Positions 1 through 10,292 are shown, numbered from the stretch's first letter. The stretch: 64,000 nucleotides of DNA from Lachnospiraceae bacterium (GCA_022510665.1 JAFLSZ010000002.1:5676-69675), one strand, 5' to 3'. The notes: a model not told the origin generated them from the sequence alone. Translations and numbers: made by a program.

Positions 1-645
1 ATGAGACACCATTCGTCGGTTACAAAGTATACGACGACATGGATGGATACCATTATACATACCACAAAACGGGGGGCAAGCGAGTTTGGGCTTTCAAACA
101 CAAACAAGCTCATCAAACAGTACAGCGGAATTACGGGGCTGAAAACCGGTTCGACCGACGCGGCAAAGTACTGCCTGTCCGCAACGGCGGAGAGAAACGG
201 GGTAAAGCTCGTTGCGGTTGTTTTGGCGGCGCCGGATACGAAGACCAGATTTCGCGAAGCAGCGGGCCTCTTAGATTACGGGTTCGCAAAATGTACGGTA
301 TACAAAGACAACGCGGCGGATTCCATGCCGTCTGAGGTGAAAGTGTCACAGGGGCAGAAAGATACGGTTCCGGTGCGCTTAAAAGAACAGTTTTGCTATG
401 TGTTTACCGGCGGGGAAGATTTATCCGCAATCGAGAAGACGGCGGAGTTTTACGAAAATATAAAGGCGCCGTTAAAAGCGGGAGATGTCGTAGGGGAATA
501 TTCCTATCATTTAAACGGAAAGAAGCTGGGAAGCGTGCCGATTATCTGCACGGAAGATGTAGAAAAGATTACATTTTCGTCAAGTTTTCTGCGCTGTAAA
601 GATTTGTTTTTACGGCAGAAGGAAACAAAGCAGAACGGGGATTGA
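1..645 (+). CDS. D-alanyl-D-alanine carboxypeptidase (serine-type, PBP5/DacB-like), C-terminal part; 5' end lies outside the window
   Basis: KTG box in 'GITGLKTGSTDAAKYCL', followed by the usual C-terminal beta-sandwich region. Paralogous to ORF 2966..4258. Confidence 0.8.
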   Translation: MRHHSSVTKYTTTWMDTIIHTTKRGASEFGLSNTNKLIKQYSGITGLKTGSTDAAKYCLSATAERNGVKLVAVVLAAPDTKTRFREAAGLLDYGFAKCTVYKDNAADSMPSEVKVSQGQKDTVPVRLKEQFCYVFTGGEDLSAIEKTAEFYENIKAPLKAGDVVGEYSYHLNGKKLGSVPIICTEDVEKITFSSSFLRCKDLFLRQKETKQNGD

Positions 646-670
646 CAGCGCAAAAAAAACAAAGTATGAT
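642..670 (+). promoter_or_regulatory. Sigma-A type promoter candidate for the metallophosphoesterase-scpAB unit
   Basis: TTGACA (642-647), 17 nt spacer, TATGAT (665-670). It sits about 35 nt upstream of the GGAGG RBS and ATG at 704. Confidence 0.5.
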
Positions 671-703
671 TATAAAGGAAAAAAACAAAAGGAGGTGGTG
701 CGG

Positions 704-1555
704 ATGAAAGCAGGCAGTATCGGCCTGTTTGGAGCGGCGGCCGTATTGGGTATGGCGGTTTATGAATGTTTTGAACACGGCGTGCCGGTCCGGCGCGGTT
801 ATGATGTGTCTGTGCCGGAGGAGCTTGCGGGGCTGCGGATTTTGTTCCTCTCGGATCTGCACTGCAATCCTTTTGTTTGTAACAATGAACGCATTTTTCA
901 AAGGCTTAGGAAGGAACGGCCGGACGTGATTCTGCTTGCGGGGGACATGATAAACAAGTACGGAAAGAAGCAGAACGGCCGCGCAGCCGTTTTTATAAAA
1001 AAGTTGCGGACGGTTGCACCGGTGGTATATTCGCTCGGCAACCATGAAGAAACGCTGCGGATAAATTTTCCGAAGCAGTATGAGGCCTATATGAAGGAAC
1101 TCAAAGACGCCGGGGTTTTGGTTTTGGATAATGAGACGGCTTCGCTTGTTCTACAAGAGAAGAATGTCGAATTTGCGGGATTGACGCTGAAACAGGAGTA
1201 TTTATGCAAGGGAGTAAGAAGAATGCCTCCGAAAGAGGCGTTTGAGGAACTTTTTATTCCGAATCCGGAGCGGACCGTACTTTTGGCGCATATTCCGGAC
1301 TTTTTTCCGGCGTATGCAAAGCGTGCGGTTCTTACGGTATCCGGGCACAATCACGGAGGTATTATAAGGCTGCCTTTTATCGGCGGTATTATTTCACCGC
1401 AGTTTTATTTTCCGCCGTACACGAGAGGCTGCTACCGGATCAAACGTTCTACGCTTGTCGTAAATGCGGGAATCGGCTCACATTCTCTGCCGGCGCGTTT
1501 GTTTAACCGGATTGAGTATTGTGTCATTACTACAAAATCGAGGGAAACGTTATGA
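704..1555 (+). CDS. Calcineurin-like metallophosphoesterase, membrane anchored (YkuE-like)
   Basis: Motifs LSDLHCN (DxH), GDM, GNHE and SGHNHGG, plus an N-terminal hydrophobic segment. GGAGG lies 8 nt before ATG 704. The stop overlaps the scpA start (ATGA). Confidence 0.8.
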   Translation: MKAGSIGLFGAAAVLGMAVYECFEHGVPVRRGYDVSVPEELAGLRILFLSDLHCNPFVCNNERIFQRLRKERPDVILLAGDMINKYGKKQNGRAAVFIKKLRTVAPVVYSLGNHEETLRINFPKQYEAYMKELKDAGVLVLDNETASLVLQEKNVEFAGLTLKQEYLCKGVRRMPPKEAFEELFIPNPERTVLLAHIPDFFPAYAKRAVLTVSGHNHGGIIRLPFIGGIISPQFYFPPYTRGCYRIKRSTLVVNAGIGSHSLPARLFNRIEYCVITTKSRETL

Positions 1556-2331
1556 GTTTGTCCGTTACGTTAGAAAAGTTTGAGGGGCCGCTTGATTTAT
1601 TGCTGCACCTGATTGAGAAAAACAAAATAAACATATATGATATTCCGATTGTGGAGATTACGGAACAGTACATGGAATATATCCGTCAGATGCAGGAACA
1701 GGATATGGAAGTAATGAGCGAGTTCCTGGTTATGGCGGCCACACTGCTTAACATTAAGTCAAAAATGCTTCTGCCGCAGGAAGACCCGCAGACGGAGGAG
1801 GAAGCGGCCGACCCGCGTCAGGAACTGGTAGAGCGTTTGCTGCAGTACAAGATGTACAAGTATGCTTCGTTGGAACTTTCCGACCGGCAGCTCGACGCGG
1901 GAAGGATTCTTTTTAAAACCGTTTCCATGCCGCCGGAGCTTGCGGAGTATAAAGAACCGATTGATACAAAGGAACTGCTTTCCGACCTGACGCTTCAAAA
2001 GCTGCATTCGATTTTTGAGGCGGTGATGAAAAAGCAGATAGACAAAATCGACCCGATACGGAGTAAGTTCGGACGAATTGAACGGGAAGCCGTCAGTATG
2101 TCTGAAAAGATGCGGGAGATTCAGGCATATGCGCTGCAAAAACGCCGTTTTCCGTTTAAGGAGCTTTTGTTAAAGCAACACGATAAGATGGATGTTGTCG
2201 TAACTTTTTTATGTATACTTGAATTGATGAGACTTGGCAGAATGCATGTGGTACAGGAAGAAATTTTTGACGATATTGAAATCGAATATCTTGCGGAAGA
2301 TATGATTGATTTTGATGATTCGGATTTTTAA
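1552..2331 (+). CDS. scpA: Segregation and condensation protein A
   Basis: The N-terminus 'LEKFEGPLDLLLHLIEKNKINIYDIPI' is the ScpA signature, and scpB follows immediately. Start placed at the internal ATG 1552 of ORF 1519..2331. Confidence 0.9.
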   Translation: MSLSVTLEKFEGPLDLLLHLIEKNKINIYDIPIVEITEQYMEYIRQMQEQDMEVMSEFLVMAATLLNIKSKMLLPQEDPQTEEEAADPRQELVERLLQYKMYKYASLELSDRQLDAGRILFKTVSMPPELAEYKEPIDTKELLSDLTLQKLHSIFEAVMKKQIDKIDPIRSKFGRIEREAVSMSEKMREIQAYALQKRRFPFKELLLKQHDKMDVVVTFLCILELMRLGRMHVVQEEIFDDIEIEYLAEDMIDFDDSDF

Positions 2332-2346
2332 GCCGGAGGGAAAATA

Positions 2347-2916
2347 ATGGAGTTACAAGAGTTGGAAGCACAGTTAGAGGCGATTTTATTTACGCTCGGG
2401 GAGGCGGTAGAGGCGGACCGGCTTGCGGCAGCGTTAGGGCATGATGTGGATACGGTGCGCAGGGTACTGCGGAATATGATGGACCGTTACGGGGCGGAGG
2501 ACCGAGGGATTCAGATTATTGAGCTGGACGGCTCGTTTCAGATGTGTACGAAAGCGTCCATGTACGAGGCAATTATTAAAATTGCGCATGTGCCGAAAAA
2601 GCATGTTTTAACGGAAGTGCTGTTGGAAACTCTTTCGATTGTTGCCTATAAACAGCCGATTACAAAGCTGGAGATTGAGGCAATCCGCGGCGTTTCCTGC
2701 GATCACGCGGTAAATAAATTAGTAGAATACAATCTGATTCAGGAAGTAGGGCGTATGGACGCGCCGGGGCGTCCGATTCTGTTCGGAACGACGGAGGAGT
2801 TTCTGCGGAGTTTCGGACTGATTTCGCTGGACGATTTACCGGTCATTAATCCGGAGAAAGTAGAGGATTTTAAGTTAGAAGCGGAAGAAGAAATGCAGCT
2901 CTCTCTTGAAATTTAG
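2347..2916 (+). CDS. scpB: Segregation and condensation protein B
   Basis: 'LEAILFTLGEAV...' and winged-helix repeats typical of ScpB. Located directly after scpA. Confidence 0.9.
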   Translation: MELQELEAQLEAILFTLGEAVEADRLAAALGHDVDTVRRVLRNMMDRYGAEDRGIQIIELDGSFQMCTKASMYEAIIKIAHVPKKHVLTEVLLETLSIVAYKQPITKLEIEAIRGVSCDHAVNKLVEYNLIQEVGRMDAPGRPILFGTTEEFLRSFGLISLDDLPVINPEKVEDFKLEAEEEMQLSLEI

Positions 2917-2965
2917 TCCTATTTGTCAGACGCGCGGCATATTCTTTGTTTGAGAACGCTTTGCG

Positions 2966-4258
2966 GTGACCGACATGAAACAAGGTATCAGAACAGTAAA
3001 AAGAAAAGGGACGCATCTTTTGATGTGTTTCTTTTTTCTGGTTTCCGCTCTTTTTTGCTGTCGGGAAACGACAGTTGCGCAGGCTTTTGGTGAAAACGGC
3101 GCCGTGGCGGTAATCGCCGACGCTCCGGAGGCAGGCACGCTTCATGCCTATTCCGCGGTGTTATACGATGCGGAGAGCGGCAGGGTTCTTTACGAAAAAA
3201 ACGGGTACGAAGTGCTTCCGATGGCAAGTACGACAAAAATTCTGACGCTGCTTGTGGTGCTGGAAAACAGCGAACCGGACGAAATCGTTACCGTATCAAA
3301 GAATGCGGCGATGCAGCCGGATGTGCAGCTTAATATGAATACCGGAGAACAGTATTATGTGAAAGACCTGTGCTATTCCTTGATGCTGGAATCCCATAAC
3401 GATACGGCGGTGGCGCTTGCGGAACACGTCGGCGGAAGCGTGGAAGGGTTTGCCGCCATGATGAACGCGAAAGCGAAGGCGCTGGGCGCCTATTCGGGGA
3501 ATTTTGTCACGCCAAACGGACTCGATGCCGACGGGCACGGCATTAACGCCGCGGATTTGGCTAAAATCGCCGCCTACGCGGTAAAGCAGGAGGATTTTAT
3601 AGAAATTACAAATACGGAATCCTATTCGTTTAAGGAGCTTACCAAAGGGCGCGGATTTACCGTTTCGAATAAAAACAGGTTTCTTACCATGATGGACGGC
3701 GCAATCGGGGTAAAGACCGGATTTACCGGAAAAGCAGGGTATTGCTTTGTCGGCGCGGTAAAAAGAAACGACAGGCTTTTAATCAGCGTCGTACTTGCCA
3801 GCGGCTGGCCTCCGAATAAAAATTATAAGTGGAGCGATACGATAAAACTTATGGAATACGGAATCAGCGGGTTTGAGAAAAAACCGCTGATTAATGATAT
3901 AGAGGAATTGCCGGAACTGCCGTCCCTTCCGGTAATAAAAGGGCAGCAGGAAAGCGTTTCGCTTTGTTACGGAGAAGAGGGACTTACCGGACTGTCGGAA
4001 ACAAAACGCTTACTTTCCGGAACGGAATCGATTCGCTTCATTCCGGAGATTAACTTTAATGCGCTTCCCGCGCCGGCAGAAAAAGGGACGGAAGTCGGTA
4101 CGCTTTTGGTGAAAGTCGGAAAAGACTGTATTCAAAAAATACCGATACAAACCGCAGAAGCGGCTGTACCGGTAAATTATGGGTTTTATTTTAAAGAGAT
4201 GCTGAATATGTTCTTTTCGGGAGAAGCGTTTACGACGCTGCGCGGGCTGTTTCATTAG
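2966..4258 (+). CDS. D-alanyl-D-alanine carboxypeptidase (PBP5/DacB family)
   Basis: SxxK 'ASTTK', SxN 'SHND' and KTG 'KTGFT'. N-terminal signal/anchor. GTG at 2966 or ATG at 2975 are both possible starts. Confidence 0.85.
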   Translation: MTDMKQGIRTVKRKGTHLLMCFFFLVSALFCCRETTVAQAFGENGAVAVIADAPEAGTLHAYSAVLYDAESGRVLYEKNGYEVLPMASTTKILTLLVVLENSEPDEIVTVSKNAAMQPDVQLNMNTGEQYYVKDLCYSLMLESHNDTAVALAEHVGGSVEGFAAMMNAKAKALGAYSGNFVTPNGLDADGHGINAADLAKIAAYAVKQEDFIEITNTESYSFKELTKGRGFTVSNKNRFLTMMDGAIGVKTGFTGKAGYCFVGAVKRNDRLLISVVLASGWPPNKNYKWSDTIKLMEYGISGFEKKPLINDIEELPELPSLPVIKGQQESVSLCYGEEGLTGLSETKRLLSGTESIRFIPEINFNALPAPAEKGTEVGTLLVKVGKDCIQKIPIQTAEAAVPVNYGFYFKEMLNMFFSGEAFTTLRGLFH

Positions 4259-5906
4259 CTAACAGCCTGTTTGCCCGTTCCAGTGCTTTATCAATGTTTT
4301 TACAGAAGTTTTCGGCGCCGACCGCGGCAATGAAACCGTTTTTCTCCATAGAGGAGTACGGCTGTGTAAGCACATGGGAAAAGATTACCGTAATCCCGGT
4401 TTTTCGTAAATCGTTTGTGACGTCCCGCAGCGTGTTTAACGCGGTTGCGTCGATTGCCGGAACACTGCGCATTCGTACAATTACGACTCTGGTATCTTCT
4501 TCCAGCATTCTATGGTTGAGAATCGCCAGTTTTTCGACCGCGCCGAAGAACAGCGGTCCGTTGATTTCAAACACTTCCGTATGAAGCGGAACGGCTTTTA
4601 ACGAAAGATGTTCGGAGTCGTGTTCTTCTTCCGGGAGAGTCGAAGCGTCTTTTATGTGTTTCAGTCCCGAAATGTTTGTAACGTCAGCCATGCGTTTCAT
4701 AAAGAGTATGCAGGAGAGAAGCATTCCGACTTCAATCGCGAAAATCAGGTCAAACGCAAAGGTCAAAACGCAGGAAGTAATAAGTACCAGCGTGTCCGAT
4801 TTCGGGGCTTTGCGGTAAGACAGAAACGCTTTTAGGTTAAACATATTGTAGGAAACCACCAAAAGAATCGCAGCCAGTACGCAGCGCGGCACCAGACGGA
4901 TAAGCGGCATACCGAACAGCAGCATGACAAGAAGCGTTACGCTGTGGAAGATAAGCGCTACCGGAGTTCTGCCGCCGTTTTTTGCGTTTGCGATGGAACG
5001 CGCCACTCCGCCGGTTGCCGGAATACAGCCGAAAAATCCGAGGGCGATATTGGCGGCTCCCTGTGCCACCAGTTCCGCGTTCGGGTTATGTTTACTGTGA
5101 ATGATACTGTCGGTCACAACCGCGGAAAGCAATGCCTGCATGGCAATTAAAACCGCAATCGTAAAGGCCGGCGGCATCAGTGAGAAAATCGTGTCAAAGG
5201 AAAGGCCGTCTATTTTCGCGACGGACAGTGTTTTCGGGATATCGCCAAGCAGGGCTACGTCAAGTTTTAAGAAATATGCCGCCGCCGTACCGAAAATCAG
5301 CGCCACAAAGGAATTTGGAATTGTCTTGTTGATTTTCGGAAAGAGAACCATAATCATGACACAGCAAAGGCCGAGGATAAGCGCCTTGATGTTGAGTTCT
5401 CCGATATGTTTAAAATAGCTCTGCCACTTGCCGAGGAAGGAAGTCGGCATTGCCGTAATTTCAAAACCGAGAAAATCTTTGAGTTCCAAAGTGGCAATCG
5501 TAATGGCGATACCGCCGGTAAAGCCGATGGTAATCGGGGACGGAATGTATTTAATCAGTCTTCCGAAGCGGAATAGACCCATGATAATTAAGATAACCCC
5601 GGCCATAACGGTAGCGAGAATCAATCCCTGCGTGCCGTATTCCGCGATAATCGACTGGATAATAACAATAAATGCTCCGGTAGGACCGGTAATCTGGACA
5701 CGGCTTCCGCCGAGCAGCGCCACAAACAAGCCGGAGATAACGGCGGAATAGATTCCCTTTTCCGCGGAAACCCCACAGCCGAGCGCAAACGCAATCGAAA
5801 GCGGGAGTGCAATAATAGCGACAATAATGCCCGCCTTCATGTCTAATAAAAACTGTTTTCCTGAATAATGTTTCAGTACGCTGAAAATCTTTGGTTTAAG
5901 ATTCAT
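4230..5906 (-). CDS. SulP family inorganic anion transporter with C-terminal STAS domain
   Basis: Multi-pass hydrophobic core and a STAS-like C-terminus 'VVIVRMRSVPAIDATALNTLRDV'. RBS AGGAGG before the ATG. Confidence 0.85.
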   Translation of the reverse strand: MNLKPKIFSVLKHYSGKQFLLDMKAGIIVAIIALPLSIAFALGCGVSAEKGIYSAVISGLFVALLGGSRVQITGPTGAFIVIIQSIIAEYGTQGLILATVMAGVILIIMGLFRFGRLIKYIPSPITIGFTGGIAITIATLELKDFLGFEITAMPTSFLGKWQSYFKHIGELNIKALILGLCCVMIMVLFPKINKTIPNSFVALIFGTAAAYFLKLDVALLGDIPKTLSVAKIDGLSFDTIFSLMPPAFTIAVLIAMQALLSAVVTDSIIHSKHNPNAELVAQGAANIALGFFGCIPATGGVARSIANAKNGGRTPVALIFHSVTLLVMLLFGMPLIRLVPRCVLAAILLVVSYNMFNLKAFLSYRKAPKSDTLVLITSCVLTFAFDLIFAIEVGMLLSCILFMKRMADVTNISGLKHIKDASTLPEEEHDSEHLSLKAVPLHTEVFEINGPLFFGAVEKLAILNHRMLEEDTRVVIVRMRSVPAIDATALNTLRDVTNDLRKTGITVIFSHVLTQPYSSMEKNGFIAAVGAENFCKNIDKALERANRLLANETARAAS

Positions 5907-6072
5907 ATGTGTTAGTCCTCCTTATGTGCGGCTCTATTCTAATACGAATTTAACGAAAATACAAGAGGGAAGAAGATTTTTGTTTTATTTTGGTAGAAAT
6001 TTTTTAAAAATTATGATATAATGAATCGTTACGGATGTTCACCTATTTCCTGTGCTTTTGAGGGGGCTACCT

Positions 6073-9000
6073 ATGATACGATTAAGCAGAAGTAAAATTC
6101 GCAATCTTGCCGCAGATGAGGGAGTATTTCAGCGCGGACTCGCTTATTTTAAAGAAAAGAGGGTCATTCATGCCACGTGTTCCAAAGACCGGAAACTTTA
6201 TAACTTCATTGTCCAGGGGAAACAGAGGTATCATGTCACCTTGGAGGAAACGGACGACCACGATTTGGAATTTGTCTGTAACTGTCCCGTGATGTATGTT
6301 CAGAAAGGTGCCTGCAAACATACGGTGGCGGCGCTGCTGCATTTACAGCAGTATCAGGAACAGGAAGAAAGGAAACGCAAAGTTTCCGGACCGAAGGACG
6401 CGCGTGTTCAAAAGATTGTCAAATATTTTATAGATGCACAGGAGCCTAATTACGATAAAGAAATTTACCATGTGGAGCCCTGTATTGAGATTCCCGCACT
6501 TTTACGAAAGGGCAGTGACCCGGTGTACTTATCGCTTCGCGTCGGGAACGTGAAAATGTACCGTATACAGATGTTAAGACGGTTTTTGGCTGATTATAAA
6601 GCAAACGAGAGTATTGTTCTCGGAAAAGATTTTTGTTATATACCGGGTGAGAGCTGCTTTGACCGCGCTTCCGAACAGCTTTTGCAGGAGTTAATGTCAT
6701 ATGTCGAAGTTTTGGAAGTAGTCGGGGGAAACAGCGGCGCGCAGATGTTTCAAAAGTCTAAAATGACGCTGAACAGGGCTCTTTTAGTAAAGATTTTGAA
6801 ACTTTGCACGGATATTCCGTTCACGTTAAAACTTTCGGAGACGGAACTGGATAATGTACGCCTTGTACCGGGCAATCCCCTTATTGAGTACGATATTCTT
6901 ATGCAGGACGGTTTTGTTGCCATGAATTACAGAGAACAGGAGCGGGTCGTTCCGATTACGGCAGACGGTTCTCTTTTGCTGCGGGATCATATGCTGTATC
7001 TTCCGGAGGAACGTTTTATGAAAACGTATCTGCCGTTTTATTCCAGTCTCGGCGAAGACAAACCGCCGCTTGTGTTTGAGGACGAGTATGAAACCGCTTT
7101 TTTGGAGCATGTGCTTCCGGTAATTCACGAAACCCTGCAGGTGGAGATTCCTGATGAAGTACGCGATAAATATATTGCCCCTCCGTTTTCCGCAAAGATA
7201 TATTTTGATTTGTTTCATTCCGCGGTACGGGCGACGCTTTATTATGTTTACGGTGAATATGAGTTCAATTCGTTTGACACTCCTTCGCTCGGAGGGTATA
7301 TTTTAGTGCGCCAGAAAGAGCAGGAAGCGCAGCTCTGTGCCGTATTGGAGGATTATGGATTTGAGCCGCACAACGGTTTTTATCTTATGAAAAACGAAGA
7401 AAAAATTTATACATTGATTAACGAGGGCGTTTCGGTTCTGTCGGAGTACGCGGCGCTTTATTCCTCGGATAATTTTTCAAAAATGCGCACAACGAAACGC
7501 TCCGGGTTACGGATTGGAATAAACATGCCGCCGGAAGAAGACCTTTTGAAGGTTGAGTTTCAATACGAAGATATTTCCGGGGAAGAACTGCGTGCAATTT
7601 TTTATTCCTATCGTCAAAAGAAGAAGTATCACCGTTTATCGGACGGCACTTTTTTTGACCTGACCGACGACGCTTTTGTAAAAACGGCGGATTTACTGGA
7701 AAATATGAATCTTTCTTACCGTAATTTTGATAAGAACGGAGTTTTGCAGGTGCCGAAAAGCTATGCGGCTTATCTTGATTCCCTGCCGCAGGAGATGGGG
7801 ATTGAAGTAGAGAAAGACGAGAAGGTTTCTACACTCTTAGAACGTTTGTTGTCTCCGGAAAAACAAGAGTATACGGTTCCGGACACGATTTCCGTTCCGT
7901 TAAGAGAGTATCAGAAAGTCGGGTTTTCATGGCTGAGAATGCTTTCGGACGGTGGGTTCGGCGGTATTTTGGCGGATGACATGGGACTCGGAAAGACATT
8001 GCAGGCGATTACTTATATGGTATCCGTACTGGAGTCGGAAAGGTTTTCCGATGTGCTGTTTTTGGTCGTATGTCCGACTTCGCTGCTTTATAACTGGCTG
8101 GACGAAGTAAAAACATATGCGCCCCATCTTCGCACAAAGATTATTCAGGGAACACCGGAGGAGCGCCAGGCGGCGCTGCTGCTTTCAAACGAATGGGATT
8201 TGTGCATCACGTCGTATCCGCTTTTACGCAGGGATTTGGAATATTATAAGGATAAAAGTTTTCATACGGTGTTTATTGACGAGGCGCAGTTTATCAAAAA
8301 CGCAATGACAGGAAATGCACGTTCGGTAAAGGAGCTTCGCGCGAAAACCAAGTTTGCCTTAACCGGTACGCCGATTGAAAATTCTCTTTCCGAACTGTGG
8401 TCGATTTTTGACTTTATTATGCCGGGGTATCTGTTTACCTATTCCCGCTTTATAAAACGTTACGAACGTCCCGCCGCAGGTGGGCGGACGGATTTACTCC
8501 AGCAGTTAAACCGCCGTATAAAGCCGTTTTTGCTGCGGCGTATGAAAGAAGATGTATTGTCCGAACTTTCGGATAAAATTGAAACCAAGCTGATAACGGA
8601 AATGACGGAAGAACAGCGTAAACTGTATCTTTCTTACGCAAGACAGGCACGAGAGGAACTTTCCGACGATATTTTGCAGTTCGGTTTAGAAAAGAGCCGG
8701 ATGCAGATTCTTGCCGCACTGACAAGGCTTCGACAGATTTGCTGCCATCCGGGGATGTTTTTGGAAAATTATGACGGCGGAAGCGGAAAAGTATCGTTGT
8801 TTTTGCAGATAACGGACGAGCTTAAAAGGAACGGGCACCGTATACTGGTATTTTCCCAGTTTACTTCAATGTTAGAGATATTAAAAGATGCCCTGACAGA
8901 AGCGGAGTTTTCCTGTTTTTACTTAAACGGTGCGACAAAGTCCGCGGAGCGGCAGGAGTATGTAAAACGGTTTAATGCGGGAGAAGGGGATTTGTTTTTG

Positions 9001-9306
9001 ATTTCTTTAAAAGCGGGCGGCACCGGCCTGAATCTGACCGGCGCCGATACGGTAATTCATTTTGACCCATGGTGGAATCCTGCCGTGGAAGAGCAGGCAT
9101 CGGACCGCGCCCACCGCATCGGACAGGAAAAGACCGTCCATATTATAAGGCTTCTGACGAAAGGAACCATCGAGGAAAAAATTTTCCGATTACAGCAAAA
9201 GAAACAGGAGCTGTTCCACGCGGTTATTGAGGAGGGTGAAACATTCCTTCATAAACTGACACACGAAGAAATCACGGAGCTGTTTACGGACCTGGAAGAA
9301 GAGTAA
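6073..9306 (+). CDS. SWIM zinc-finger / SNF2-family helicase (YwqA/RapA-like)
   Basis: SWIM 'CNCPVMYVQKGACKHTVAALLHL'. SNF2 motifs 'ILADDMGLGKT', 'DEAQFIKN', 'LTGTPIENSL' and 'SDRAHRIGQ'. GAGGGGG RBS before ATG 6073. Confidence 0.9.
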   Translation: MIRLSRSKIRNLAADEGVFQRGLAYFKEKRVIHATCSKDRKLYNFIVQGKQRYHVTLEETDDHDLEFVCNCPVMYVQKGACKHTVAALLHLQQYQEQEERKRKVSGPKDARVQKIVKYFIDAQEPNYDKEIYHVEPCIEIPALLRKGSDPVYLSLRVGNVKMYRIQMLRRFLADYKANESIVLGKDFCYIPGESCFDRASEQLLQELMSYVEVLEVVGGNSGAQMFQKSKMTLNRALLVKILKLCTDIPFTLKLSETELDNVRLVPGNPLIEYDILMQDGFVAMNYREQERVVPITADGSLLLRDHMLYLPEERFMKTYLPFYSSLGEDKPPLVFEDEYETAFLEHVLPVIHETLQVEIPDEVRDKYIAPPFSAKIYFDLFHSAVRATLYYVYGEYEFNSFDTPSLGGYILVRQKEQEAQLCAVLEDYGFEPHNGFYLMKNEEKIYTLINEGVSVLSEYAALYSSDNFSKMRTTKRSGLRIGINMPPEEDLLKVEFQYEDISGEELRAIFYSYRQKKKYHRLSDGTFFDLTDDAFVKTADLLENMNLSYRNFDKNGVLQVPKSYAAYLDSLPQEMGIEVEKDEKVSTLLERLLSPEKQEYTVPDTISVPLREYQKVGFSWLRMLSDGGFGGILADDMGLGKTLQAITYMVSVLESERFSDVLFLVVCPTSLLYNWLDEVKTYAPHLRTKIIQGTPEERQAALLLSNEWDLCITSYPLLRRDLEYYKDKSFHTVFIDEAQFIKNAMTGNARSVKELRAKTKFALTGTPIENSLSELWSIFDFIMPGYLFTYSRFIKRYERPAAGGRTDLLQQLNRRIKPFLLRRMKEDVLSELSDKIETKLITEMTEEQRKLYLSYARQAREELSDDILQFGLEKSRMQILAALTRLRQICCHPGMFLENYDGGSGKVSLFLQITDELKRNGHRILVFSQFTSMLEILKDALTEAEFSCFYLNGATKSAERQEYVKRFNAGEGDLFLISLKAGGTGLNLTGADTVIHFDPWWNPAVEEQASDRAHRIGQEKTVHIIRLLTKGTIEEKIFRLQQKKQELFHAVIEEGETFLHKLTHEEITELFTDLEEE

Positions 9307-9309
9307 CCC

Positions 9310-9335
9310 CGGCGCGCTAATCAAAGTGCGCGCCG
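9310..9335. terminator. GC-rich hairpin between convergent genes (possible bidirectional terminator, no clear U-tract)
   Basis: CGGCGCGC (9310-9317) pairs with GCGCGCCG (9328-9335) around a 10 nt loop. It overlaps the last codons of the minus-strand ORF. Confidence 0.35.
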
Positions 9336-10246
9336 TAAAAGTCCTCAATCAACTGTTCGGCAAGGGCAGCGTTTAACTCCGGAAATGCCGTAAGAAGCGT
9401 TTCGCGCAGATAGTCCAGACGGTTTAAGTAAAGAATCTCCGCGCCTTTTGCCTCTGCCTCATTCCCGCCGCTTTTTTCGTCGTAAGCACGCAGGGTATCC
9501 TCGGTAATATTTTCCTCTAACCACTTCTTTACATCCGAAGTGAGCGCTTCTTCCCTGTCCGCTTCCGCCTTTAACTTTCCGGACTTGACAAAGGAGAAAA
9601 TGCCCATAATCAGGAACGCCGTAAACATAATAAGGATGATTACGGAAGAAAATATATGAAACAGCGGAACTATGTCAAGTATATTTAACAGGGCAAACGC
9701 AATGCCGAGAACGCCGAATATTGTAAACGTAAAACCTGAAGAACGGTAATCGCTGTAACGGGAAGCGGAGCTGACATAATCTTTTTCGCTGCGGAGTGCC
9801 GCTTCTGCGGGGCTCTGCGCAAAGTCTTCCGATTCGGTACTTTCCGCTTCTTCCGCGAAAAATCCGTCCTCTGTTTCCTCTTCCTCCTCTTCCTCGCCCG
9901 AAAGAAAAGCGTCTTCTGCCGCCTTTTCCAGAGCGCGTTCGGTTTCCACGGAATAAAATGCCCGGAAGTGGCGTTTTGCGTCTTTAAGATATTCCGGCGC
10001 GGTATATACGGCAATCAGACCGTCTTCCTGTTCGGTCAGGCTTGCCGGAACTCCGGAATATTCCAAAAAATCAACCAGTTTTTTTGCAATTTCTTTTTGT
10101 TCTCCTTCCATTTGGACTAAGAGCGAAGTAGCGTTTTGGACTTTGGTTTCTTTTAAATCCAGACTGGCAACCAATGCTGCCTTACAATCCGTACAATGGG
10201 TAATTCCCTCACGATATTCTGTTTTACAATTCGGACACCACGGCAT
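9317..10246 (-). CDS. Zinc-ribbon membrane protein of unknown function
   Basis: N-terminal 'CPNCKTEY...HCTDCKA' (CxxC...CxxC), an acidic linker (EEEEEEETED), two hydrophobic helices and a C-terminal soluble domain. GGAGGA RBS before ATG 10246. Confidence 0.7.
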   Translation of the reverse strand: MPWCPNCKTEYREGITHCTDCKAALVASLDLKETKVQNATSLLVQMEGEQKEIAKKLVDFLEYSGVPASLTEQEDGLIAVYTAPEYLKDAKRHFRAFYSVETERALEKAAEDAFLSGEEEEEEETEDGFFAEEAESTESEDFAQSPAEAALRSEKDYVSSASRYSDYRSSGFTFTIFGVLGIAFALLNILDIVPLFHIFSSVIILIMFTAFLIMGIFSFVKSGKLKAEADREEALTSDVKKWLEENITEDTLRAYDEKSGGNEAEAKGAEILYLNRLDYLRETLLTAFPELNAALAEQLIEDFYGAHFD

Positions 10247-10292
10247 ATACCTTCCTCCTTCTGCTTTCAAATGTAATACCACTACTTTTTTT

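Noticed and set aside
6073-9306. SNF2 helicase as part of a DISARM/Zorya/BREX-like defence system.
   Set aside because: No methyltransferase, DUF1998, phospholipase-D or Zor-like partner genes are adjacent. The architecture matches the stand-alone YwqA/RapA-like type.
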